Shown: positions 19,055 through 27,886, counted from the stretch's first letter. The stretch is 64,000 nucleotides of DNA from Bailinhaonella thermotolerans (GCF_003594875.1 NZ_QZEY01000015.1:1-64000); one strand, 5' to 3'. Program-made: numbers and translations. Notes: a model not told the origin generated them from the letters alone.

Positions 19055-19968
19055 ACGAGCCGATCGCGCGTCTGCGCACGCTGCGCAGCGTCGCCGTGCG
19101 CACGCCCCGCGCGGGGGACGCGGCGGAGTTCTACCGCGAGGTCTGGGGCCTGACCGAGGTCGAGAGCGACACGGGCGTGTCCTGGCTGCGCGGCACCGGC
19201 GAGGAGCACCACATCCTGGAGGTCCGGCAGGCCGCCCAGAACGCCCTGGGCAAGATCGCCTTCTCGGTCGGCTCGCCCCGTGAGGTGGACGAGGCCGCCA
19301 AGCGCCTGGCCGGGCGCGGGATCCCGCTGGTCGCCGAGCCGGGCCGCCTCGACCAGGCCGGGCACGGGTACGGCCTGCGCTTCGCCGACCCCGAGGGGCG
19401 GCTGATCGAGATCTCCTGCGACGTCGAGGCCGTGACGCCGCAGGACCCCGGCGGGCTGCCCGCCGTACCCCGCAAGCTCGCCCACGTCGTCCTGAACACC
19501 GTGGACATCGACGCCGCGGCCGAGTTCTACACCGGCGTGCTGGGCATGCGCGTGTCGGACTGGTCCGAGCACCAGATGGTCTTCCTGCGCTGCAACCGGG
19601 ACCACCACGTGATCGCGTTCAACAGCGCCGCGTGGACCTCGGTGAACCACATGGCCTACGAGATGCCGTCGATCGACCACTTCATGCGCGGCATCGGCCG
19701 GCTGCGGCACCACGGCCTCACGCCGCTGTGGGGCCCGGGGCGGCACGGCCCCGGCAACAACACGTTCTCCTACTTCGCCGACCCCGCGGGGCTCGTCTGC
19801 GAGTACACCTCCGAGGTCCAGCAGGTCGAGGAGGACGCCTGGCTCTGCCGGGTCTGGCGCCGGGTCCCCGAGCTGTCCGACCTCTGGGGCACGGCCGGGC
19901 CCCCGTCCAAGGACGTGCGCGCCCACATGGCGGGCGTCCCCGACCCCGGCCGCTGGTGGGAGTGCTGA
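19051..19968 (+). CDS. Type I extradiol ring-cleavage dioxygenase (VOC/glyoxalase superfamily, catechol 2,3-dioxygenase-like)
   Basis: Two-domain VOC protein. Metal ligands in HHILEV..., HVVLN..., HMAYE... GTG overlaps the previous stop (GTGA). Confidence 0.85.
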   Translation: MNEPIARLRTLRSVAVRTPRAGDAAEFYREVWGLTEVESDTGVSWLRGTGEEHHILEVRQAAQNALGKIAFSVGSPREVDEAAKRLAGRGIPLVAEPGRLDQAGHGYGLRFADPEGRLIEISCDVEAVTPQDPGGLPAVPRKLAHVVLNTVDIDAAAEFYTGVLGMRVSDWSEHQMVFLRCNRDHHVIAFNSAAWTSVNHMAYEMPSIDHFMRGIGRLRHHGLTPLWGPGRHGPGNNTFSYFADPAGLVCEYTSEVQQVEEDAWLCRVWRRVPELSDLWGTAGPPSKDVRAHMAGVPDPGRWWEC

Positions 19969-20004
19969 CGCGCGGCGGCCACGGGCGGGATGGAGAGGGA
20001 GCGG

Positions 20005-20100
20005 ATGGGATGGCCCGGTGGGCGTGATGGCCGGCCGGGCGTGATGGGTGGCCGGGTGTGATGGCTGGGCGGATGTGACGACGGAGCGGGTGTGATGACG
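20005..20100. repeat. Degenerate ~16-bp tandem repeats (GGCCGGGYGTGATGG-like x5) immediately upstream of the hydrolase start
   Basis: cccggtgggcgtgatgg / ccggccgggcgtgatggg / tggccgggtgtgatgg / ctgggcggatgtgacg / gcgggtgtgatgacgg. The last unit contains the ATGATG start. Confidence 0.6.
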
Positions 20101-20871
20101 GAATCGCCGGACGGCGGGGTCCACGTCGCCGAGGCCGGGGCGGGCGGGGACCCCGTGCTGCTGCTGCACGGGATCGGGGGGAGCGCGGAGTCGTTCGCCG
20201 CGCAGATCCCGGCGCTGGCCGGGCGGTACCGGGTGCTGGCGTGGGACGCGCCGGGGTACGGCCGGTCGGCCGACCTCGCGGGCCCGCCCGGGATCGAGGG
20301 GTACGCCGAGATCGCGGCCCGCGTGCTGCGCGGACGCGGCGCGGCGCCCGCGCACGTCGTCGGCGTCTCCTGGGGCGGGGTGATCGCCGCCCGCCTCGCC
20401 GCCGACCACCCCGGCCTGGTCCGGTCGCTGGTCCTCGCCTCCTCCTCCCGGGGCTCGGGCCGCGACCCCGGGCGCGCGGCGGCCATGCGGAGCCGGGCGG
20501 AGGAGCTGGCGCGCCTGGGCCCCGCTGCGTTCGCGGCCCGCAGGGCGCCCCGCCTGGTCTCCCCGAAGGCGCCCGCGGAGCTGGTCGAACGCGTGCGGAC
20601 GGTGATGGCCGCCGCGATCCGCCTCCCCGGCTACGCCCACGCCGCCGCCTCCATGGCCGAGGCCGACCTCACCCCCGTGCTCGGCCGGGTGGCGGCGCCC
20701 GCGCTCGTCATCGCCGGGACCGAGGACGAGGTCACCGGCCCGGAGGAGAGCGAGGCGATCGCGTCCGCCATCCCCGGCGCCCGCCTCGCGCTGGTCCCCG
20801 CCGCCGGCCACGCCGTCAACCAGGAACGCCCCGGCCCGTTCAACAGCCTCCTGAAGGAGTTCCTCCCATGA
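20092..20871 (+). CDS. Alpha/beta-fold hydrolase (meta-cleavage-product hydrolase / enol-lactonase-like)
   Basis: HG oxyanion motif LLLHGIGGS, nucleophile GVSWGG, C-terminal His in AGHAVNQE. Confidence 0.85.
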   Translation: MMTESPDGGVHVAEAGAGGDPVLLLHGIGGSAESFAAQIPALAGRYRVLAWDAPGYGRSADLAGPPGIEGYAEIAARVLRGRGAAPAHVVGVSWGGVIAARLAADHPGLVRSLVLASSSRGSGRDPGRAAAMRSRAEELARLGPAAFAARRAPRLVSPKAPAELVERVRTVMAAAIRLPGYAHAAASMAEADLTPVLGRVAAPALVIAGTEDEVTGPEESEAIASAIPGARLALVPAAGHAVNQERPGPFNSLLKEFLP

Positions 20872-21695
20872 CCGCCCCCATCCCCCGATCCGGTACGGCT
20901 CACGAGGCGGGCGCGAGCCGTACGGCCGCGGGCCGGGAGGCGGCGGACGGGAGGGCGCTGGAGGGGCGGCTCGTCGTGGTGACGGGGGCGGGGCGGGGGC
21001 TGGGGCTGGAGATCGCGCGGGCCGTGGGGAGGGCCGGGGCGCGGGTGGTCGTGGCCGAGGTGGACCCGGACCGGGCGGGCCGGGCGGTCGCGGAGCTGGC
21101 CGGGGAGGGGGTGGACGTGCGCCGGGCGGACACGGACGTGGCCTCGGCCGGGTCGTGCGCGGCGCTCGCGGCCGCCGTGGAGCCGCTCGGGCCGGTGTAC
21201 GCGCTGGTCAACAACGCGGCGCTGGCGGACGGGGTGGGCGGCAAGCCGTTCCACGAGATCGGGGTGGCCGAGTGGGACCGGCTGATGGCGGTGAACGCGC
21301 GAGGGCCCTGGCTGGTGAGCCGCGCGCTGTTCCCGCTGATGGCGCGGCCGGGACGGATCCTCAACGTGGCCTCCGACGCGGCCTTCCACGGCTCGCCCCG
21401 GCTGGCCCACTACGTGGCGTCCAAGGGCGCGGTGATCGCGCTGACCCGGGCGATGGCGCGCGACGCCGGGCCGTACGGGATCACGGTGAACGCGGTCGCG
21501 CCGGGCCTGACCGAAGGGGAGGCGGCGGAGCGGATCCCGGCGGAACGCCACGAGCTGTACCGCCGCAACCGGGCCCTGACCCGCCCGCAGCGGCCGGGCG
21601 ACCTGACCGGCGCGGTCGTCTTCCTGCTGTCGGACGCCGCCGAGTACATCACCGGCCAGACCCTCGTCGTGGACGGCGGCTTCGTCTTCCATTGA
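20868..21695 (+). CDS. SDR family short-chain dehydrogenase/reductase
   Basis: TGAGRGLG cofactor motif, NNAA, YVASK catalytic motif. ATG overlaps the hydrolase stop. Confidence 0.85.
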   Translation: MTAPIPRSGTAHEAGASRTAAGREAADGRALEGRLVVVTGAGRGLGLEIARAVGRAGARVVVAEVDPDRAGRAVAELAGEGVDVRRADTDVASAGSCAALAAAVEPLGPVYALVNNAALADGVGGKPFHEIGVAEWDRLMAVNARGPWLVSRALFPLMARPGRILNVASDAAFHGSPRLAHYVASKGAVIALTRAMARDAGPYGITVNAVAPGLTEGEAAERIPAERHELYRRNRALTRPQRPGDLTGAVVFLLSDAAEYITGQTLVVDGGFVFH

Positions 21696-21806
21696 TTTAT
21701 CCAGACATTTCCAAATCGACTAAAAAGCGCGAAGTGTGCCGAGTTTCGAGATGAAGCATTAAGGAATGCGATGAACGCGACGACCGGCGAATGGAGACGT
21801 GAAACG

Positions 21807-21869
21807 AAGGTGTCCGAAATCGGCTATCGACCGACCGTGGTCCCGGTGCTAACTTCAAGGTGTCCGAAA
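21807..21869. promoter_or_regulatory. Two perfect 13-bp direct repeats AAGGTGTCCGAAA spaced 50 bp apart, upstream of the low-GC small gene
   Basis: Copies at 21807-21819 and 21857-21869 (about five helical turns apart) within a 198-bp AT-rich leader (21697-21894). Confidence 0.5.
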
Positions 21870-21894
21870 AGCCGTCAAGAAAGGGCGGTAAAAC

Positions 21895-22245
21895 ATGGCC
21901 GAAGCCTATTTCGCGTTCACGCAGCACCCGGGCCAGGAATTCGTCTTCAAGCTCACCGACGAAGAGAAGATCGCCCACGCCCGCCGGATCCTGAGCGGTC
22001 AAGAAAAGGATCGCGTCCACGTCCACGGGCGCATCCTGAAGCGGAAGGAGTCCTACAACCCGAACTGGGACTACCATCTCGACCCGGACACCATCCAGTT
22101 CTTCGAGGTCGCCATCGAGGTCTGCGACGCCAATATGCAGTACGTCGAGGACCATCTCGACGAAGCCTGCGGAGCCTTCCTCCCCGGGTGCCACTGGTGC
22201 CCCTGGGATTCCCGCCTGACCCGCGAGGTCAAGCCCAACTCGTAG
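21895..22245 (+). CDS. Small (116 aa) Lys/Glu/Asp-rich, Cys-containing conserved hypothetical protein in a lower-GC pocket
   Basis: ATG with an aagaaagggcgg RBS. MAEAYFAFTQHPGQEFVFKLTDEEKIAHARRILSG...CGAFLPGCHWCPWDSRL. Local GC is clearly lower than flanks but the third-position G/C bias is kept. Confidence 0.65.
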   Translation: MAEAYFAFTQHPGQEFVFKLTDEEKIAHARRILSGQEKDRVHVHGRILKRKESYNPNWDYHLDPDTIQFFEVAIEVCDANMQYVEDHLDEACGAFLPGCHWCPWDSRLTREVKPNS

Positions 22246-22274
22246 CCCCCCGCCCCCTTCCCTTCTTCGGTCCC

Positions 22275-22343
22275 CTCTCTCGCGCCGATCTCGCGGTTTC
22301 AATCACGTCGTGTGCTTGAAGCCGCGAGATCGGCGCGAGAGAG
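22275..22343 (+). terminator. Perfect 22-bp inverted repeat (stem) with 25-nt loop: intrinsic-terminator-like hairpin
   Basis: CTCTCTCGCGCCGATCTCGCGG ...25 nt... CCGCGAGATCGGCGCGAGAGAG. Ends 15 nt before the next SDR ATG. Confidence 0.7.
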
Positions 22344-22357
22344 GGCGGCGGTGGAGT

Positions 22358-23137
22358 ATGGATCTGGGTTTACGCGGGCGCACGGTGATCGTGACCGGCG
22401 CGAGCGGTGGCGTCGGGCTCGCGACCGCCGCGATGTCGCTGGCCGAGGGCGCGTCCGTGGCCGCGTGCGCGAGGGACGGCGTACGGCTGGCGCGGGCGCT
22501 GGAACCCCTGCCCCGGGCGGATGGCGCCCGCCTGTTCCACGCGAGCTGCGACGTGACCGACGCCGAGGCCGTACGGCGGTTCGCGGAGGCGGCGGCGGGA
22601 GAGCTGGGCGGGATCGACGGCCTGGTGAACAACGCGGGGCGGTCGCTGATGGCGGGGGCCGGGGAGACCACGCCGGAGCAGTGGCGCGACGAGTTCGAGC
22701 TGAAGATCTTCGGCGTGCTGAACCCGCTGCGGGCGGCGCTGCCGTACCTGACGAGGTCGCCGGTGGGCGCGATCGTCAACGTGAACGCGATCCTGGCGCG
22801 CCAGCCCGAGCCACGCCTGGCCGCCACCTCGGCGGCGCGGGCCGCGCTGCTCAACCTCACCAAGACGCTCTCCGCCGAACTGGCGCCGGTGCGCGTCAAC
22901 TCGGTGTGCCTCGGGCTGATCGACACCGGGCAGTGGCGGCGGCGGTTCGAGGCGTCGGGCGAGCCGTCGTACGAGGCGTGGACCGGCGCGCTCGCCGCCG
23001 ACCGGGGGATCGCCCTGGGCCGGCTCGGGCGGGCGGAGGAGGCGGCGTACGCCATCGTCATGCTGCTGTCGCCGCTCGCGTCGTACATCACCGGCGCCTC
23101 GCTCGACGTCGGAGGAGGGGTGTCCAGATATGCCTGA
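22358..23137 (+). CDS. SDR family oxidoreductase
   Basis: Starts MDLGLRGRTVIVTGASGGVGLA (TGxxxGxG), NNAG, Y-x3-K catalytic motif. The upstream part of track ORF 22310 is leader. Confidence 0.85.
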   Translation: MDLGLRGRTVIVTGASGGVGLATAAMSLAEGASVAACARDGVRLARALEPLPRADGARLFHASCDVTDAEAVRRFAEAAAGELGGIDGLVNNAGRSLMAGAGETTPEQWRDEFELKIFGVLNPLRAALPYLTRSPVGAIVNVNAILARQPEPRLAATSAARAALLNLTKTLSAELAPVRVNSVCLGLIDTGQWRRRFEASGEPSYEAWTGALAADRGIALGRLGRAEEAAYAIVMLLSPLASYITGASLDVGGGVSRYA

Positions 23138-24884
23138 CATCCACGGAAACGGCGGAGACGTCCTGGTGCAGGTCCTGCGGGCGCACCGCGTGGGCGTCGT
23201 CTTCGGCGTGGTCAGCGTGCACAACCTGCCCCTCGTCGAGGCCGTGGACCGCGACCTGCGTTTCGTCCCGGTGCGCCACGAGGCCGCCGCGGTCAACGCC
23301 GCCGACGCGTACGCCCGCGTCTCGGGCGGCCTCGGCTGCGCCCTGACCAGCACCGGCACGGGGGCGGCCAACGCGGCGGGCGCCCTGGTCGAGGCCCTGG
23401 CCGCGAGCAGCCGGGTCCTCCACGTCACCGGCCAGATCGACAGCCGCTACCTCGGCCAGGGCCGCGGCGTCATCCACGAGACCAAGGACCAGCCCGGCAT
23501 GCTCGCCGCGATCTCCAAGCACGCCCGCACCGTCACCGCCCCGGCCACCGCCGCCGGCGTCCTCCTGGACGCGGTGCGGCACGCCCTGGCCGTCCCGTGC
23601 GGCCCCGTCAGCGTGGAATGGCCCGTGGACCTCCAGTACGAACCCCACCCGCCCGCGGAGATCCCGCCCCCCGGCGCGGGCCGCGATCGTGTGACGTATG
23701 ACGCCCCGGGTGGCACGTATGACGAGGCCGCCGTCGGGCGGGCGGCGGAGCTGGTGGCCGGGGCACGGCGGCCGGTGCTGTGGATCGGGGGAGGGTGCCG
23801 GGGCGCGCGCGAGGAGGCCCGCGCGCTCGCCGAGCTGCTGGGCGCGCCGGTGCTCACCTCCAACTCCGGGCGCGGGGTGATCCCGGAGGACCACGAGCTG
23901 GTCGTGGGGAACTTCGCGAGCGGCGCGGCGGGGGCCGGCCTGCTCGCCGGCAGCGACCTGCTCGTGAGCGTGGGCACGCGTTTCCGGTCGAACGAGACGC
24001 GGCACTACACGCTGAAGGTGCCGGAGGCCCACGTGCAGATCGACGTGGACCCGGCGGCGATCGGCCGCGTCTACCCGGTGACGGCGGGGGTGCTCGGCGA
24101 CGCCGCCGCCGTGCTCGCCGCCCTGACCAGGGCGATCACCGAGCCGCGCCGGACCCCGGCGGAAGGCGGTCCGGGGACCGACGGGCCGGGGACGGGTGGT
24201 CCGGGGTCGGGTGGTCCAGGGCCGGGCGGGCGCGCGGGGCGGGACGGGTGGCGGGAGCGGGGGAGGGAGGCCCGGCGGGCCGCCAGGGAGCGGCTGCGCG
24301 CCGAGATCGGGGTGTACGCCGAGGTCTGCGACGCCGTCCGGGCCTGCTTCGACCGGCGGTCGCCGCTGGTCCGGGACGTCACCATCCCGTCGAGCCAATG
24401 GGGCAACCGGCTGCTGCCCGTCTACGAGCCGGAGACCAACGTGTTCCCGCTGGGCGGCGGCATCGGCCAGGGCCTGGCGATGGGGCTCGGGGCGGCGCTG
24501 GCCAGGCCGGGCGTGCCCACCCTGATCATGGCGGGCGACGGCGGCCTCGCCGTGCACCTGGGCGAGCTGGCCACGCTCGCCCAGGAACGGCCCTGGGCGG
24601 TGGTGCTCGTGTTCAACGACCGGGGTTACGGCGTGCTCCGCAACACCCAGGACGCCTACCGGGGACGCCGGGCGGGGGTGGACCTGTTCACGCCGGACCT
24701 CGCCGCGCTCGCCGCCGCGATGGCCATGCCGTACGGCCGGGTGGTCCGCCCCGGGGAGATCGGGGAGGCGCTGGCGAAGGCCGTCGCCGCGCGCGAGCCG
24801 TACCTGCTGGAGATCGACGTGGACCGGCTCGGGCCGCCTCCGGTGCCGTTCGTGCCGCCGGTCCCCGTGCCCGGGACTCGGTGA
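23130..24884 (+). CDS. Thiamine-diphosphate-dependent enzyme (acetolactate synthase / benzoylformate decarboxylase family)
   Basis: N-terminal TPP-pyrimidine domain, central domain, C-terminal TPP-binding motif (GDGGLAVHLGELATLAQERPWAVVLVFNDRGYG). Contains an internal Gly/Pro-rich low-complexity insert (GGPGTDGPGTGGPGSGGPGPGG). Confidence 0.85.
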   Translation: MPDIHGNGGDVLVQVLRAHRVGVVFGVVSVHNLPLVEAVDRDLRFVPVRHEAAAVNAADAYARVSGGLGCALTSTGTGAANAAGALVEALAASSRVLHVTGQIDSRYLGQGRGVIHETKDQPGMLAAISKHARTVTAPATAAGVLLDAVRHALAVPCGPVSVEWPVDLQYEPHPPAEIPPPGAGRDRVTYDAPGGTYDEAAVGRAAELVAGARRPVLWIGGGCRGAREEARALAELLGAPVLTSNSGRGVIPEDHELVVGNFASGAAGAGLLAGSDLLVSVGTRFRSNETRHYTLKVPEAHVQIDVDPAAIGRVYPVTAGVLGDAAAVLAALTRAITEPRRTPAEGGPGTDGPGTGGPGSGGPGPGGRAGRDGWRERGREARRAARERLRAEIGVYAEVCDAVRACFDRRSPLVRDVTIPSSQWGNRLLPVYEPETNVFPLGGGIGQGLAMGLGAALARPGVPTLIMAGDGGLAVHLGELATLAQERPWAVVLVFNDRGYGVLRNTQDAYRGRRAGVDLFTPDLAALAAAMAMPYGRVVRPGEIGEALAKAVAAREPYLLEIDVDRLGPPPVPFVPPVPVPGTR

Positions 24885-24893
24885 GGAGGCCCG

Positions 24894-25649
24894 ATGGGAC
24901 ACGCGCACGCGCACGGACCGGCCAACCGGGGCAGGCGGGTGCTGCGGACCGCCGCGCCGCTGTTCGTCCGCGAACCCGGGACCGGGGCGTACGGCGGGGC
25001 CGTGGTGCTGCACGACGTGTTCGGGGTGACCGAGTACGCCGAGGGGGCGTGCCGCAGGCTGGCGCGCGAGGGATGGATCGCGGTGTCGCCGTACCTCTAC
25101 CACGAGCGCGGCGGACCGGCCTACGAGCCGGCCGAGCCCGCCGAGCGGGAGCGGGCGCGCGGCGAGCTGGCCCGGCTGTCCCCGGAGGACCTGGCGGCCG
25201 ACGTCGAGGGCGCCCTGGCGTACCTCACGGGACGCCGGGGGCTGCGGCGCGCCGTGGTCGTGGGCCTGGAGGCGGGCGGATACCTGGCGACCTGGGCGGC
25301 GACGAGGTTCCCCGAGGTCGCGGCCGTGGCGGCGGTGAGCCCCGCGGGCGTGGGGGCCGCGCCGTGGGAGGGCCTGCCGCCGCTGGAACTGCTGGTTCCC
25401 GACCGGCGCGCGCCCTGGCTCGCGGTGGCCGCGGACGGGGACCCGGGGACGGAGCGGCTGCGGCCGGCCGCGGCGTCGGCGGGGCCGCGCGCGGAGGTGC
25501 GCGTGCTTCCCGGGACGGGCCCGGGGTTCTACCGGGAGGGGGCGCCGGAGCACGATCCCGCGGCGGCCACGACCTGCTGGGACCTCGTCCTCGCCTTCCT
25601 CTCCGAGGCCGAACGCCCACCCGGCGGAACGGCCGACCACGACGGTTGA
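24894..25649 (+). CDS. Dienelactone hydrolase family protein
   Basis: DLH-like alpha/beta hydrolase, 251 aa (VVLHDVFGVTEY...VGLEAGGYLA). Confidence 0.75.
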   Translation: MGHAHAHGPANRGRRVLRTAAPLFVREPGTGAYGGAVVLHDVFGVTEYAEGACRRLAREGWIAVSPYLYHERGGPAYEPAEPAERERARGELARLSPEDLAADVEGALAYLTGRRGLRRAVVVGLEAGGYLATWAATRFPEVAAVAAVSPAGVGAAPWEGLPPLELLVPDRRAPWLAVAADGDPGTERLRPAAASAGPRAEVRVLPGTGPGFYREGAPEHDPAAATTCWDLVLAFLSEAERPPGGTADHDG

Positions 25650-25715
25650 TCGCAGCGGCCGATCTCAGCGGTTGATCCAGCGGCTGGTCGCGACGGCCGA
25701 TCTCAACGGTGTCCA
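25632..25715. promoter_or_regulatory. Array of GATC-containing ~16-bp direct repeats upstream of the MFS transporter gene
   Basis: cggttgatcgcagcgg / ccgatctcagcgg / ttgatccagcgg / ccgatctcaacgg, ending ~20 bp before the 25737 start. Confidence 0.45.
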
Positions 25716-25736
25716 GGTCCCCGAACCCCCGAGGGA

Positions 25737-27098
25737 GTGCCCATGACCACGGCCGATACCTCCGTAGCCTCGATCGCCGCCCGGCTGGAGCGGCTGCCGA
25801 CCTCGCTCTGGCACCTCAAGGTGCGCACCGTCATCGGGGTCGTGACGTTCTTCGAGGCGTTCGACCAGCTCCTCGTGGCCTCGGCGCTCCCGCTGCTCAC
25901 GCGCGAGTGGGGGCTGACGCCCGGGGACGCGACCGTGGCGATCACCAGCGGCTCGGTGGGCATGCTGGCCGGCGCGCTGGCGGGCGGCTGGCTCGCGGAC
26001 CGCGTGGGGCGGGTCCGGCTGGTCGCGCTGGCGGTGGGGCTGACCGCCGTCACCAGCCTGGCGATCGCGTTCGCGCCCGGATTCGCCGCCTTCGTCCTGC
26101 TGCGGTTCCTGCAGGGTCTCGGGATCGGGGCCGAGGTGCCGGTCGCGGCGACGTACATCAACGAGATCGCCAAGGCGCGGCACCGGGGTCGCTTCGTGCT
26201 GCTGTACGAGCTGGTGTTCCCGGCCGGGCTCACCGCCGCCACGCTGGTGGCGGCCTGGGTGGTGCCGAACCTGGGCTGGCGCGCCATGTTCGTGATCGGC
26301 GCGGTCCCGGCGCTGATGGTGGTGTTCCTGCAGCGCCGGGTGCCGGAGTCGCCGCGCTGGCTGGCCGCGCGGGGGCGGCTGGCGGAGGCGGACCGGGTGC
26401 TCGCCGGGATCGAGCGCGAGGTGGCGCGGGGCGGGACGTTGCCCGCGCCGGTGGTCACGGCGGGCGGCGCGGCGGGCGCGCCGAGCACGCTGCGGGACCT
26501 GTTCGCGGGCGTCTACCTGCGGCGGACGGTGGTCGTGTCGCTGATCTGGTTCTTCGGGTACTTCGTGAACTACGGGATCACCGCGTGGCTGCCCACGCTC
26601 TACGTCCGCGCCGGGCTGCCGCTGGACGAGGCCCTGCGGTACAACCTGGTGACCAGCGCGGCGGGGCTGCTCGGCTGCCTGGTCGCCGCGCTGGTCGTCG
26701 ATCGCGTCGGCCGCCGGTGGTGCCTGGTCACCGGGCTCGCCGGGGCGGCGGTGACGCTGCTCCTGCTGTCGCAGACCGGCGCGCGGACGGGCGGGCAGCT
26801 CGCGGTGTGGGCGTCGGTGGCGGCGCTGTTCGTGTTCGCCACCAACATCACCCTGTATCTGTACGGGCCGGAGCTGTACCCGACGCGCAGCCGCGCCCTC
26901 GGCTCCTCCTTCGGCGGGGCCATGAACCGGCTCGGCGTGATCGTCGGCCCCGTCGTCGTCGGCGCCCTCCTCGCGCGCGGCGCCGGGCTCGGCGCGGTCT
27001 TCGCGGTGCTCGGCGGCGCGGCCCTGCTCGGGGCGGTGGCGGCCCTGTTCGCCGTCGAGACCCGCCATCGCCGCCTGGAGGAGCTGTCTCCCGAGTGA
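25737..27098 (+). CDS. MFS transporter (aromatic-acid/H+ symporter-like, 12 TMS)
   Basis: 12 predicted TM helices. MFS signature loop GWLADRVGR. Last gene of the catabolic operon. Confidence 0.85.
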   Translation: MPMTTADTSVASIAARLERLPTSLWHLKVRTVIGVVTFFEAFDQLLVASALPLLTREWGLTPGDATVAITSGSVGMLAGALAGGWLADRVGRVRLVALAVGLTAVTSLAIAFAPGFAAFVLLRFLQGLGIGAEVPVAATYINEIAKARHRGRFVLLYELVFPAGLTAATLVAAWVVPNLGWRAMFVIGAVPALMVVFLQRRVPESPRWLAARGRLAEADRVLAGIEREVARGGTLPAPVVTAGGAAGAPSTLRDLFAGVYLRRTVVVSLIWFFGYFVNYGITAWLPTLYVRAGLPLDEALRYNLVTSAAGLLGCLVAALVVDRVGRRWCLVTGLAGAAVTLLLLSQTGARTGGQLAVWASVAALFVFATNITLYLYGPELYPTRSRALGSSFGGAMNRLGVIVGPVVVGALLARGAGLGAVFAVLGGAALLGAVAALFAVETRHRRLEELSPE

Positions 27099-27229
27099 TC
27101 GGCGTCACGTCCGGGGACTATCGGCGTCACCGCCGGGGGCGATCGGCGTCACGTCCGGGGACTATCGGCATCACGTCCGGGGGCGATCGGCGTCACGTCC
27201 GGGGACGATCGGCGTCACGGCCAGGGGGC
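27098..27229. repeat. 6 x 22-bp perfect-register tandem repeat (ATCGGCGTCACGTCCGGGGRCK), iteron-like, with alternating variants
   Basis: Units at 27098, 27120, 27142, 27164, 27186 and 27208. Odd and even units differ consistently, suggesting a 44-bp higher-order unit x3. Starts at the MFS stop codon and overlaps the 3' end of the convergent minus-strand gene. Confidence 0.85.
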
Positions 27230-27886
27230 CAGCTCGGGCAGGTCGCCGTCGAGGCGGCCGTCCGGGGCGCGGCCGGCGAGCCAGGCGGTCAGGTCCTGCG
27301 CCGTGCCGCGCGCCGTGACCGGGTCACCCTCGCCGACGACCCAGCGCCGCTCGCCCGAGTCCAGCGTGAGGGCGATCCCGCCCGGCACGCGCGGCGCGAG
27401 GAAGCGCACCGTGTGGTCGCAGAAGTCCGTGCTCCACCTGGCCGGCCGGTACCCCAGGTCCAGGTCGACCAGGTGGATCTCCACCTCACGCCACCGCGCG
27501 TACACCAGGCCCAGCAGCGGCCCGGTCCGGAAGTTGACGTACTGGTCCCAGTCGCGGGTGTCCGCCCACGCCGCCTCCACCGCCGCGACCGCCCCGGCCA
27601 CGGCCTCCCGCAGTTGGCCCGCCGTACGGCTCGCGCCCCGCTCGATCGCGGCGTCCCGGGCCGGGCGCCCGCCCGCGTACATCTCGACGATCTCGCCCCG
27701 GTTCGCGCGCTCGGTCAGGCGGGTGACGCCGGACGCGTGCTCGGCGAGGTGGGTGATCACGTGCCCGCGCGACCAGCCGGGCAGCGCGGAGGGGGCGCGC
27801 ACGTCGTCGTCGCCGAGCCCGGCGAGGGTGTCGATCAGCAGGCGGTGCCCGGCGCGGACGCGGGCGATCAGCTCGTCTGGAGTCAT
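27215..27886 (-). CDS. Mycothiol-dependent maleylpyruvate-isomerase-family (DinB_2/MDMPI N-terminal domain) protein
   Basis: MDMPI_N-like four-helix bundle with a HxxxE metal motif (GHVITHLAEHASG). Confidence 0.7.
   Translation of the reverse strand: MTPDELIARVRAGHRLLIDTLAGLGDDDVRAPSALPGWSRGHVITHLAEHASGVTRLTERANRGEIVEMYAGGRPARDAAIERGASRTAGQLREAVAGAVAAVEAAWADTRDWDQYVNFRTGPLLGLVYARWREVEIHLVDLDLGYRPARWSTDFCDHTVRFLAPRVPGGIALTLDSGERRWVVGEGDPVTARGTAQDLTAWLAGRAPDGRLDGDLPELAPWP

Noticed and set aside
27098-27229. Possible CRISPR array
   Set aside because: The units are contiguous with no unique spacers. All six units are the same 22-mer with two alternating variants.
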